A stretch of 64,000 nucleotides of DNA from Gammaproteobacteria bacterium. GTDB lineage: Bacteria; Pseudomonadota; Gammaproteobacteria; SZUA-229. Both the position numbers and the translations under genes were made by a program. The stretch spans positions 3,480 through 67,479 of the forward strand of contig JBFHWF010000004.1 in assembly GCA_041589175.1 (NCBI GenBank). The letters are read 5' to 3'. Below, one piece after another: positions 27,157 through 36,308 of this stretch. How positions within the stretch are numbered: position 1 is the stretch's first letter; every line of letters begins with the position of its first letter. The notes under the pieces were generated by a model. That model was given only the letters and a program-made list of their open reading frames with translations. It did not search any database and was not told the origin of the DNA.

Positions 27157-28114
27157 GCTAGCACTCCGGCTCCTGCTGCTCAGTGCATTACTACTGTTGA
27201 TTGCACTAGGTTTTATCTATCGAGAACATATCGAACTTTCCGACATAACGTCGCAGGTCGAACAGGCCGGTGCAATAGCACCCGCTATCTTTATACTGAT
27301 TTATATTGGCAGTACCGTACTTTTTCTTCCCGGTTCAATTTTAACGCTGCTTGGCGGTGCAATGTTTGGGCCGGTACTGGGCACCCTTTACAGTCTCTGT
27401 GGTGCAACACTGGGCGCCATACTGGCTTTTATCATTGCTCGCTATCTGGCCTCTGACTGGGTAAGCCGTAAATCACAAGGACGCCTTAAGCAGCTTATCA
27501 GTGGCGTCGAGAATGAGGGCTGGCGCTTTGTGGCATTTACTCGCCTGGTTCCATTATTTCCTTTTAACCTGCTGAATTATGCACTGGGCTTAACTCGAAT
27601 TCGCCTGCTGGACTACAGTATCGCCACATTTATTTTTATGCTGCCCGGTGCAGCTGCCTATACCTATCTGGGTTATATGGGCAGAGAACTGGCCACTGGA
27701 GGTGAGGACATGATCCAGAAAATACTACTCGGCCTTGCACTGCTCGCCTGTGTTGCATTTTTGCCACGTTTTATCAGCCAGCTGAGGCGGGTTGATATGC
27801 TAGATGTACAATCCCTTAGACAGCAACTGAAAGACTCGCCCGATATGCTGTTACTGGATGTACGCACGGAAGCCGATTACCATGGCGAACAGGGGCATAT
27901 TGAACAGTCGGTTCTGATTCCCCTTGAAGAACTCGCCACCAGCACTGACTCGATAGAACACTATCGAGACAAACCGGTCGTCACGATTTGCCGAACAGAT
28001 CGGCGCTCTTCAGAAGCAGCCCGGTTATTAAAAAACCTTGGTTTTAGACAGGTGCAGGTTACACGTAGGGGCATGACAGACTGGATTGCAAACGGCTACC
28101 CTGTCACTCGATAA
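27149..28114 (+). CDS. TVP38/TMEM64 (DedA/SNARE-associated) family membrane protein fused to a C-terminal rhodanese domain
   Basis: Membrane part with STVLFLPGSILTLLGGAMFG and RLVPLFPFNLLNYALG. C-terminal rhodanese LLLDVRTEADYHGEQGHI...VVTICRTDRRSSEAA. ATG at 27149 (AGGAGA SD) overlaps the upstream stop by 8 nt. Confidence 0.8.
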   Translation: MNKLALRLLLLSALLLLIALGFIYREHIELSDITSQVEQAGAIAPAIFILIYIGSTVLFLPGSILTLLGGAMFGPVLGTLYSLCGATLGAILAFIIARYLASDWVSRKSQGRLKQLISGVENEGWRFVAFTRLVPLFPFNLLNYALGLTRIRLLDYSIATFIFMLPGAAAYTYLGYMGRELATGGEDMIQKILLGLALLACVAFLPRFISQLRRVDMLDVQSLRQQLKDSPDMLLLDVRTEADYHGEQGHIEQSVLIPLEELATSTDSIEHYRDKPVVTICRTDRRSSEAARLLKNLGFRQVQVTRRGMTDWIANGYPVTR

Positions 28115-28154
28115 TTTCCAGATCAGCAGACGCTCAGAAAAAAGTAAAAACATT

Positions 28155-29117
28155 ATGCGCGATACCAAACCACTGCTACTAAAAAGCAACTTCCCCACGT
28201 TACATCGTGGGCGGATCGATACACTTCAGCTTAACCTGGGTTACACCTGTAACCAGCGATGCCTGCATTGCCATGTTAATGCAGGGCCCACACGACACGA
28301 ACAGATGTCGCGAAAAACAATGCAGGACATACTGGAATATGCAGAACAGAATGCCATAAAGCAGTTTGATCTAACCGGAGGAGCCCCCGAACTTAACAGT
28401 GAATTTCGCTGGCTGGTACAGCAGGCCTGGGAACGCAATATTCATATCATCGATCGCTGCAACCTGACCATACTCTCAGAGCCTGGCCAGCATACGCTAG
28501 CTAACTTTCTTGCACTGCATCAGGTGGAAATCGTGGCTTCACTGCCCTGTTACAGCGAAGACAATGTAGACAAACAACGGGGCAAGGGTGTTTTTAATCG
28601 CAGTATCGAAGGTATTAAAGCACTCAACGCACTGGGCTATGGCAGAGCAGGTTCGGGCCTGGTCATTAATCTCATGTATAACCCGGCGGGACCGTTTCTA
28701 CCTCCGGCCCAGCAACAACTGGAAGCTGACTATAGAGAGAAGCTCAAACAGGAGTATGGCCTTGTCTTCAATCATCTGTATACCCTGACAAATATGCCAA
28801 TTATGCGCTTTGGCAGCACCTTACTGAGCCATGGTGAGTTCGAGGACTATATAGCCCTACTGAAACAATCTCATAATCCTGAAAATCTCGATACCGTAAT
28901 GTGCAGAAACCTTATCAGTATTGACTGGCAAGGCTATGTCTATGATTGTGATTTTAATCAGATGCTCGACATGCCAAGCCAGTGTTCAACATCCGAGCGT
29001 ACACATATTTCACAGCTAAACCCTGATACACTGACTGATAGCCCCGTTCAGGTTGCTGATCACTGTTATGGATGCACAGCCGGCTGCGGCTCAAGCTGTG
29101 GTGGCGCACTGAGTTAA
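28155..29117 (+). CDS. arsS: radical SAM / Cys-rich domain protein, ArsS-type (arsenosugar biosynthesis)
   Basis: Radical SAM CxxxCxxC (GYTCNQRCLHCHV) with the C-terminal Cys-rich tail ...VADHCYGCTAGCGSSCGGALS. That tail is typical of the radical SAM/Cys-rich (seleno)protein family as I recall it. Confidence 0.8.
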   Translation: MRDTKPLLLKSNFPTLHRGRIDTLQLNLGYTCNQRCLHCHVNAGPTRHEQMSRKTMQDILEYAEQNAIKQFDLTGGAPELNSEFRWLVQQAWERNIHIIDRCNLTILSEPGQHTLANFLALHQVEIVASLPCYSEDNVDKQRGKGVFNRSIEGIKALNALGYGRAGSGLVINLMYNPAGPFLPPAQQQLEADYREKLKQEYGLVFNHLYTLTNMPIMRFGSTLLSHGEFEDYIALLKQSHNPENLDTVMCRNLISIDWQGYVYDCDFNQMLDMPSQCSTSERTHISQLNPDTLTDSPVQVADHCYGCTAGCGSSCGGALS

Positions 29118-29119
29118 GT

Positions 29120-29824
29120 ATGAAATCTGCTCGCATATCATTCATTATCCCCTGCCTAAATGAGGCTGGGCATATTGTAAGCACGCTAACGCCGCTTCAA
29201 CGACTGCGCAAATCAGGACATGAAATTATCCTGGTTGATGGTGGCAGCCATGACAAGACCACTGAACTCGCCAGCACGCTAGTCGATACACTTATTACCA
29301 GTCACACAGGCCGAGCAAAGCAGATGAATGCCGGTGCCGCTGAAGCCAGTGGTGATATCTTATGTTTTGTGCATGCGGATACGCTGTGCCCTGATAATAT
29401 CGATCAACTCCTGAGCCGAGATCTTTGCCAGTCCAGAAATGTCTGGGGGCGATTCGATATTCGTTTGAGTAGTAATCGCAAGGTGTTCCGGATCATCGAA
29501 TGGTTTATAAACAAACGTTCCTGCCTGACTGGGATTGCCACTGGCGATCAGGGCATATTCATATGTCGCAACATATTTAAACGTATTAATGGTTATGCCG
29601 ACATTCCACTCATGGAAGACATCGAGATCAGCAAACGACTCCGTAGAATTTCTGCTCCGCTCTGTATCAGACATCACAAGCTAGTCACCTCCAGCCGTCG
29701 CTGGGAATCCAGGGGCATTCTGAGAACCGTATTACTCATGTGGTCACTCCGTCTGCGATATTTTTTTGGCGAATCAGAGCATGCTCTGGCACAGGCTTAC
29801 CAGAATCATGGCACACAAAAATAA
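29120..29824 (+). CDS. GT2-type glycosyltransferase of the ArsS-associated family (TIGR04283-like, from memory)
   Basis: ISFIIPCLNEAGHI, ILVDGGSHDKT and FVHADT (DxD-like) are GT2 hallmarks. It starts 3 nt after the arsS stop. Confidence 0.75.
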   Translation: MKSARISFIIPCLNEAGHIVSTLTPLQRLRKSGHEIILVDGGSHDKTTELASTLVDTLITSHTGRAKQMNAGAAEASGDILCFVHADTLCPDNIDQLLSRDLCQSRNVWGRFDIRLSSNRKVFRIIEWFINKRSCLTGIATGDQGIFICRNIFKRINGYADIPLMEDIEISKRLRRISAPLCIRHHKLVTSSRRWESRGILRTVLLMWSLRLRYFFGESEHALAQAYQNHGTQK

Positions 29825-30542
29825 ACAACACCTCATACTGTTTGCTCGAGCACCAGAGCCTGGCAAGTGCAAGACTCGACTGATTCCCCTGCTCGGCAAA
29901 AATGGTGCTGCCGAATTACATCGCAAATTAATTACTCACTGCCTGCAGCAAATCGCGACCTTAGAAGACACCGACATAAGCCTGTATATTGATGAGCAGC
30001 CTGAGCACCCGTTTTTCCGTGAAATACAGCAACAACATCCTGTTACAGTTAAACAACAGCAGGGATTCGACCTGGGTGAACGCATGTATATTGCCATGCG
30101 CGATTCCCTGAAATCCTATGACAAATGTGTTTTAATCGGCAGTGACTGTCCGGAGATGAATGCCGACTACATCAACCAGGCATTTACAAAGCTCGACGAT
30201 CATGATCAGGTGCTTGGACCCGCGAGCGATGGTGGCTACGTCCTGATCGGCCTGCAGAAAATCAATCGCATGCTTTTCCAGAACGTTAACTGGAGCCATG
30301 AAACCGTGTTGCAGCAAAGTCTGTATAATAGCGAGCAAACAGGATACCGTCATACGCTGTTAACAACTCTGTGGGATATTGACGAACCACGAGATTATAT
30401 TCAGCATCACAAACGCATCTGGCAACTCCTGAACACGCACAGAACCAATGGAGATTACTATGGACCACCAACAGGCCGACAAGATACGCAACCAGGTAAG
30501 AGACAGTTACAGCAAGGTCGCAGAAGCCAGCAATCAGGGTGA
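29808..30542 (+). CDS. DUF2064 / CofC-like transferase of the ArsS-associated family (TIGR04282-like, from memory)
   Basis: LILFARAPEPGKCKTRL matches the DUF2064 N-terminal motif, and GSDCPE and DGGYVLIGL are also present. The start overlaps the upstream gene by 17 nt. The low-complexity C-terminal tail overlaps arsM by 83 nt. Confidence 0.7.
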   Translation: MAHKNKQHLILFARAPEPGKCKTRLIPLLGKNGAAELHRKLITHCLQQIATLEDTDISLYIDEQPEHPFFREIQQQHPVTVKQQQGFDLGERMYIAMRDSLKSYDKCVLIGSDCPEMNADYINQAFTKLDDHDQVLGPASDGGYVLIGLQKINRMLFQNVNWSHETVLQQSLYNSEQTGYRHTLLTTLWDIDEPRDYIQHHKRIWQLLNTHRTNGDYYGPPTGRQDTQPGKRQLQQGRRSQQSG

Positions 30543-31266
30543 CTGCTGCGGCGAAGTCAGTAGCTGTTGTGGTGTTTCCGATGACTCACAGATCAATCAG
30601 CTAATTTCAACACGCCTGGGTTACAGCAGTGACGACCTCGAAAAGGTTCCCGGCGGTGCCGACATGGGACTGGGCTGTGGCAACCCCAGAGCCATTGCAT
30701 CACTGCGAGAAGGTGAAGTCGTTATTGATCTTGGTTCTGGTGGCGGCTTTGATGCTTTTCTCGCTGCACATGAGGTTGGCTCTGAAGGGCATGTTATCGG
30801 GGTTGATATGACACCTCAAATGATTAGCAAGGCCCGTAACAATGCAACTCGTGGGAACTATACACAGGTAGAATTCCGACTCGGTGAAATTGAACATCTA
30901 CCTGTCGCGGACAATCATGCCGATGTCATTATCTCGAATTGCGTCATCAATTTATCCCCCGATAAGCGACAGGTTTTCAAAGAAGCTTACCGTGTATTAA
31001 AACAGGGTGGTCGACTCGCGATCTCCGATATCGTCACCAGCGCTCCCCTGCCGGATAATATTTTAAATGACAGCCAGATGTACTCTGCCTGCATTAGTGG
31101 TGCATCCAGTATCAACACACTGGAAGAAATAATAGCTGCAGCCGGCTTCACTGAAATCATGATCACACCAAAAGATGAAAGCCGTGATTTTATCCGAGAC
31201 TGGGCGCCGGGTTCTGACGTAGAAAACTATATTGTTTCAGCACATATACAGGCCATTAAAGCCTGA
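30460..31266 (+). CDS. arsM: arsenite S-adenosylmethionine methyltransferase (ArsM-like)
   Basis: N-terminal VRDSYSKVAEA...GDCCGEVSSCCG Cys pairs and the SAM motif VIDLGSGGGFD. ISNCVINLSP and YSACISGAS are Cys positions characteristic of ArsM. GGAG sits 6 nt before the ATG at 30460. Confidence 0.85.
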   Translation: MDHQQADKIRNQVRDSYSKVAEASNQGDCCGEVSSCCGVSDDSQINQLISTRLGYSSDDLEKVPGGADMGLGCGNPRAIASLREGEVVIDLGSGGGFDAFLAAHEVGSEGHVIGVDMTPQMISKARNNATRGNYTQVEFRLGEIEHLPVADNHADVIISNCVINLSPDKRQVFKEAYRVLKQGGRLAISDIVTSAPLPDNILNDSQMYSACISGASSINTLEEIIAAAGFTEIMITPKDESRDFIRDWAPGSDVENYIVSAHIQAIKA

Positions 31267-31322
31267 CAGGGGTTGCCATATAAGTTAGCTGGTTCGATGC
31301 AGCTTAGTGGGCTGCGGCCTTT

Positions 31323-33287
31323 TCATGAATTCTTTAGCGGCACTTTCAATGAAAAGCGCGCCCCCTGGCCTATGCCCTGACTACTCGCAGCAATCTCTCC
31401 TCCCAGCTCTTTTGCCATTAAGGCACTGTGGTGCAATCCATAACCATGACCACCTTCCCGCTTTTTAAAACCGAACTCAAACAGGCGCCCAAGATCAACT
31501 GAGTCTATACCTATCCCATTATCCTCAACGTAAAATTCCAGCATCTCCTCCTGCATACACATGCCAACTGTCATTTTTCTATTCTCGACTTCATTATTCA
31601 TCAGCGCATATTTTGCATTACTTATGAAATTCACCAGCACCTGTATTACTTTGTGCTTATCTAACGTCACTTGTGGATTCACCGCATAGCTTACCGTTAG
31701 ATCAATTCGATTATTATCCAGCCCAGATCGATTGATTTTTATAGCATCATCAAATAACTCACCGGCATTTATCGTTTCAATAACACCGGAGCTTCCCGCA
31801 TACGATTGCTGCATGGATATAATTGTTTTGATGTGTTCTATATTATTCCCAAGATAATCCAGCTCCTTCACCTGATTTTTTCTCTCTTCCTGTATCTGCT
31901 CAGATAGCTTTTCAATATAGGGAATTACGTATTGACCTCTTTCATCATTTTCGATGAAGTTACAGATATTGGCTTTATTTTCAGACAGTAATTGTGCGAT
32001 TTTCTCTATGTTTGCAGCCTTACAGTTTTTAATCTGCTCCTTCAATACAGAAGTCGACACATTAATACTGTTAAGCACATTACCCACATTATGCAGAACC
32101 CCACTGGCAACCTCCGCCATACCAGCACTGCGCGCAATATTCGCTATCTTGGTATTTAGATCTTTTAACTCTTCCGTTCTTTCATGCACCTTGTTCTCAA
32201 GGTTTTCATTCATTTCCTTAAGTGCATTCTGGAAAATTTCACGCTCGGTAACATCGCGCACCACCATCTGCACCAGCTTTTTACCATCAATATCTATCGC
32301 CGTTATTTCCACATCAACGGAAATTTCTTCATTATTAAAATCATTAAAGAACCAGTGATATCTATTTTTACGCCCTACTTCTGCTCGATCAATCGCTACA
32401 TTTACCGTAACCTGATTGTCTTCCACTTCATCCACGCGAAAGCGTAACAGGTATTTCTCACCTAGTTCTTTTAGTTTACTGAATGTTGCGACTGAAAACA
32501 TTTTCAACGCATTATCATTCGCATCAACAATCAGGCCATCTTCAATTACCAGAACCGCATCCATTGAACCTTCGATTAGCGCTTTAAATTTTTTACCTTC
32601 GCTTTCTATCTGTAAGGCCTGCTCAGAAATTCGCCGTATAATATATGCACTGCTGAGTATCATCAGAATGATCACAATAATACCCAGCATTACGACAGTG
32701 CGTGATGCAGCCTCCTGTGACATTCTGGCAGCTTTGACCATCTGCGCATTCTTATCTTTCTGTATATCCAGCATACGGTCGAGAATTTCGAACACACGGG
32801 TCTGAAATTCCAGAGCCTTTTCTATGGCTCCAAAAGCAGATTCTTGATCTCCCTCTTGCATGAAATCATACAAACGGTATTGCCATGTAACCGCTTCGAC
32901 CGATATATCACGCTGTTCCTCCAGTAACCTTATCTCCTCTTCATCCAGGTTCAGGGCTTTGTATTTTTCCCGGGCCTCAAGAAACACTCCACCCTGCTCG
33001 CGGAACTTCATCCACTGATCATCCTTAAGAAACTCATCTTCCAGCTGCAAGCTCATAATCAGGTGAAGATTTCGCTCACGAGCAGAGATACGCATATCAT
33101 AGAGGTAGCCCGTTTTTACATCTGAGGCCTGCACCAGATCCTCAATCTGCTCCCTGAGCGAGTCCAGCTCATTCAACGCAACCAGGCTTAATACCGCAAT
33201 TAACAGGCATGATAAAAAAAGCCCTGCCATCAAGGCAGTTCGTATTGTTTGTATTGCGGGGGCGCCGACAGACTGTACTAAACTCAT
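31323..33287 (-). CDS. sensor histidine kinase (periplasmic/4-helix sensor, PAS, HisKA-like, HATPase)
   Basis: Two TM segments, then PAS (GSMDAVLVIEDGLIVDANDNALKMF). H-box region AGMAEVASGVLHNVGNVLNS, followed by the ATPase N box (NFISNAKYAL) and G boxes (DNGIGI, GHGYGLH). No cognate response regulator is adjacent. Confidence 0.85.
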   Translation of the reverse strand: MSLVQSVGAPAIQTIRTALMAGLFLSCLLIAVLSLVALNELDSLREQIEDLVQASDVKTGYLYDMRISARERNLHLIMSLQLEDEFLKDDQWMKFREQGGVFLEAREKYKALNLDEEEIRLLEEQRDISVEAVTWQYRLYDFMQEGDQESAFGAIEKALEFQTRVFEILDRMLDIQKDKNAQMVKAARMSQEAASRTVVMLGIIVIILMILSSAYIIRRISEQALQIESEGKKFKALIEGSMDAVLVIEDGLIVDANDNALKMFSVATFSKLKELGEKYLLRFRVDEVEDNQVTVNVAIDRAEVGRKNRYHWFFNDFNNEEISVDVEITAIDIDGKKLVQMVVRDVTEREIFQNALKEMNENLENKVHERTEELKDLNTKIANIARSAGMAEVASGVLHNVGNVLNSINVSTSVLKEQIKNCKAANIEKIAQLLSENKANICNFIENDERGQYVIPYIEKLSEQIQEERKNQVKELDYLGNNIEHIKTIISMQQSYAGSSGVIETINAGELFDDAIKINRSGLDNNRIDLTVSYAVNPQVTLDKHKVIQVLVNFISNAKYALMNNEVENRKMTVGMCMQEEMLEFYVEDNGIGIDSVDLGRLFEFGFKKREGGHGYGLHHSALMAKELGGEIAASSQGIGQGARFSLKVPLKNS

Positions 33288-33365
33288 GCGATATACGTTT
33301 TATAGATTCATTGTAGTGATGAGTATAGTCAAAACACGCCAGCATATTGGGCTGCAGACAAAATT

Positions 33366-33394
33366 AAAACGGGCCTGCAGTGCAGGCCCGTTTT
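33366..33394 (-). terminator. rho-independent (bidirectional-type) terminator after gor
   Basis: AAAACGGGCCTGCA-G-TGCAGGCCCGTTTT is a GC-rich stem flanked by A-run and T-run. It lies between the gor stop (33421) and the kinase start (33287). Confidence 0.7.
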
Positions 33395-33420
33395 ATATAG
33401 TTCGTTGATTTTACTGACAA

Positions 33421-34776
33421 TTATCGCATTGTCACCAGTTCTTCCGAGCTGGTTGGGTGAATCGCTACCGTATCATCGAAATCCCTCTTGGTCGCCCCCA
33501 TACGGATGGCTACGGCAAATCCCTGTAACATTTCATCACAGCCCGGGCCAATAATATGACATCCAACCACTTTTTCCTGAGCACCAAGACATATCAGTTT
33601 CATTGCGGTGGGAACATCATGACGCGTCATCGAGTTATACATGGCAGTAAATCGGGTCTGGTACACCTTGACTGCATCACCGTGTTCTTTTCGTGCCTCT
33701 TCTTCAGTCATACCTACCGTACCGATTGGAGGGTGGCTAAACACCACGGTCGGTATTAGCTCGTAGCTCAGGTGACGATCTGCCTGGTTATTGTAGAGGC
33801 GATCAGCCAGTCGACGACCTGCGGCAATCGCAACTGGTGTGAGAGGTTCACGGCCAGTCACATCACCCAGCGCAAATATATTGTCGACATTGGTATTCTG
33901 ATAGGTGTCACAGAGTATAAACCCCTGTTCATCCACCTCTAGTCCTGCCGCTTCAAGGTTCATACCACGGGTATTGGGATGACGTCCGATCGCCCAGATC
34001 AGCGCATTAAAACCACAATTACGGTTACCCTTATCATCAATGAGTGTCAGTGTTCCATCATCTTCCTTGATAACTTCGGTAATCTGGGTTTGCGCAATAA
34101 TATCTACACCCTGGTCCATCATCTCTTCCAGCAGGGTTTCACGCAACATATGGTCAAAGGTTCTCAGCAGGTGTCGCTTACGCAGGTACATATACACATC
34201 GCTACCCAATGCATTTAACACACCCGCAACCTCTACGGCGATATAACCTGAGCCGACAATTGCAACCTTCGCCGGGCACTCCTCAAACTCAAAGAAACCA
34301 TCCGAACTCACACCATGCTCCGCGCCTGGAATATCCGGTATGGTGGGTGTTGTACCGGGTGATACGGCAATATGTTTCGCGGTAAATTGCTTGCCATCAA
34401 TATCGATGGTATGCGCATCGATAAAAGATGCAAATCCCTGCAGTTCGTCGATATTCGAATCTGCCAGGTAGTTGTGATACCAGCTGTTAATACCGTTGAT
34501 ATAGTTCTCACGTTTGGTTACCAGGTGCTTCCAGTCAAAGCCCCGGTTTTCGAGATCGAAACCATAATCCTTCGCATCTTCAATAGCATGTGCCAGATTT
34601 GCGCCAAACCACATCACTTTCTTGGGTACACAGCCAACATTTACACAGGTGCCTCCGATCTTACCCATTTCTACGACTGCACATTTGGCACCATAGGTCG
34701 CTGCCCGCTCAGCCACTGAGAGCCCACCACTCCCGCCGCCAATCGCAATCAAGTCATAATCGTATTTTTTTGCCAT
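33421..34776 (-). CDS. gor: glutathione-disulfide reductase
   Basis: [15 protein letters not shown] motif, redox-active [13 protein letters not shown], a second [11 protein letters not shown](P) motif, and the C-terminal [13 protein letters not shown] chose the ATG at 34776 (MAKKYDYD). Confidence 0.9.
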   Translation of the reverse strand: MAKKYDYDLIAIGGGSGGLSVAERAATYGAKCAVVEMGKIGGTCVNVGCVPKKVMWFGANLAHAIEDAKDYGFDLENRGFDWKHLVTKRENYINGINSWYHNYLADSNIDELQGFASFIDAHTIDIDGKQFTAKHIAVSPGTTPTIPDIPGAEHGVSSDGFFEFEECPAKVAIVGSGYIAVEVAGVLNALGSDVYMYLRKRHLLRTFDHMLRETLLEEMMDQGVDIIAQTQITEVIKEDDGTLTLIDDKGNRNCGFNALIWAIGRHPNTRGMNLEAAGLEVDEQGFILCDTYQNTNVDNIFALGDVTGREPLTPVAIAAGRRLADRLYNNQADRHLSYELIPTVVFSHPPIGTVGMTEEEARKEHGDAVKVYQTRFTAMYNSMTRHDVPTAMKLICLGAQEKVVGCHIIGPGCDEMLQGFAVAIRMGATKRDFDDTVAIHPTSSEELVTMR

Positions 34777-34848
34777 GATAAACCCTGTGTTGGAATCTTC
34801 AGGTCGGGTAATATACCAGCACACCGAACACGGGAACAGTCACCAAAC

Positions 34849-35757
34849 ATGTTGTTATTGAATGCATTGCGAAAACTCAATCCTTCTCCGCGCTATCAAC
34901 AGACCCTGGACCGTCTTGAACAGTATAGCCTGCTAATACGACTGGATAAGCCTATTGGTATCTTCCTGCTACTGTGGCCGACCCTGTGGGCACTCTGGAT
35001 CGCCGCTGAAGGCTGGCCCGACCCTCTGGTACTGTTCGTCTTTGTCAGCGGTGTCTTTCTGATGCGTTCTGCAGGTTGTGCGATCAATGATTATGCTGAT
35101 CGTGATATCGACCCACATGTCGAGCGCACCCAAAATCGCCCACTGGCAGCGGGACGCATTAGCAGCCGGGAAGCCCTGCTGGTATTTGCGACTTTATCTA
35201 TCACTGCTTTCCTGCTGGTACTCACAATGAACACGCTAACAATCTATATGAGTTTTGTTGGTGTTCTGCTTGCAGCCAGCTACCCGTTTATGAAACGCTT
35301 TCACTATATGCCACAGATACATCTGGGTGCCGCCTTTGGCTGGGCTGCCCCCATGGCATTCACCGCTCAGGCCAATGAGCTCACGCCGGTTACCTGGTTA
35401 ATATTTATTGCTACTGTCCTTTGGGCAACAGCTTATGACACGATGTATGCGATGGCAGACCGTGAGGATGATTTAAAAATTGGCGTAAAATCCACCGCCA
35501 TTCTATTTGGGGAAGCCGATAAATTAATCATTGGCTTATTGCAGGCTCTCCTCATACTCGATCTCATTCTGATTGGTCAACGCGCTGAACTTGGTCTGTA
35601 TTATTACCTGGGTGTTTTACTGGCCAGCGGCCTGGCAATCTATCAGCAGTACCTGATTCGCCATCGTGAACCCCATGCCTGCTTTAAGGCATTTCTCAAC
35701 AACAATCTTTTTGGCGCGGCAATATTCTTCGGCCTGTTGATCGACTACTGGGTTTAA
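34849..35757 (+). CDS. ubiA: 4-hydroxybenzoate polyprenyltransferase
   Basis: UbiA signature [28 protein letters not shown] and a second [13 protein letters not shown] motif, in a polytopic protein. Confidence 0.9.
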   Translation: MLLLNALRKLNPSPRYQQTLDRLEQYSLLIRLDKPIGIFLLLWPTLWALWIAAEGWPDPLVLFVFVSGVFLMRSAGCAINDYADRDIDPHVERTQNRPLAAGRISSREALLVFATLSITAFLLVLTMNTLTIYMSFVGVLLAASYPFMKRFHYMPQIHLGAAFGWAAPMAFTAQANELTPVTWLIFIATVLWATAYDTMYAMADREDDLKIGVKSTAILFGEADKLIIGLLQALLILDLILIGQRAELGLYYYLGVLLASGLAIYQQYLIRHREPHACFKAFLNNNLFGAAIFFGLLIDYWV

Positions 35758-35906
35758 GCATACTTAAACCCCACCTAAACCAATGATTTAAAAATAAAAT
35801 TACCGTTCAGCGAGAAACTGAACCGAGCTATAGCCATATTCATATGGACTGCGTAAGATATTTTCTATAACTAGAAATAAAAGCTATACAGCAGGTAAGG
35901 TTTTTC

Positions 35907-36308
35907 GTGGATCATCATCGTCTCCCCTTTGCAAGCATAAATATTTTGCGCCCGGACATTGCAGAAGTCATTGTTGATGAAGGTGTCGAAATGACTCTTC
36001 AGATGGTTAACGAATACCATGACTTCCTGCTCTCGCATCTGGTATCGCCATTTTCCCTGCTGATCAACAAGATCAACTCTTATACCTATGACTTCGAAGC
36101 ACAGAAAAACCTGGCAACACTGAATGAAATTCATGCCATGGCTGTGGTGGTATATAACGAAATCACACGTATGAGTACGGATAATCTGGCATCATTTCCA
36201 CGGGACACTTCGTGGAACATGAAAACATTTTATGACCGTCACGATGCACTTAGCTGGCTTGAATTACAACAGGAAAGCCAGGCCACTAACCCTAAACCTG
36301 AAGCGTAA
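35907..36308 (+). CDS. hypothetical protein (possibly STAS/SpoIIAA-like fold)
   Basis: 133-aa ORF with a GTG start. There is only a weak resemblance to STAS-like stand-alone domains. Its 3' end overlaps the convergent rluE-like gene by 17 nt. Confidence 0.35.
   Translation: MDHHRLPFASINILRPDIAEVIVDEGVEMTLQMVNEYHDFLLSHLVSPFSLLINKINSYTYDFEAQKNLATLNEIHAMAVVVYNEITRMSTDNLASFPRDTSWNMKTFYDRHDALSWLELQQESQATNPKPEA

Noticed and set aside
28155-29117. Possible selenocysteine (in-frame TGA) recoding in the ArsS-type radical SAM gene
   Set aside because: Some family members are selenoproteins, but here the reading frame is uninterrupted and the C-terminal motif uses Cys (CGSSCGG). There is no in-frame TGA and no need for a SECIS element.
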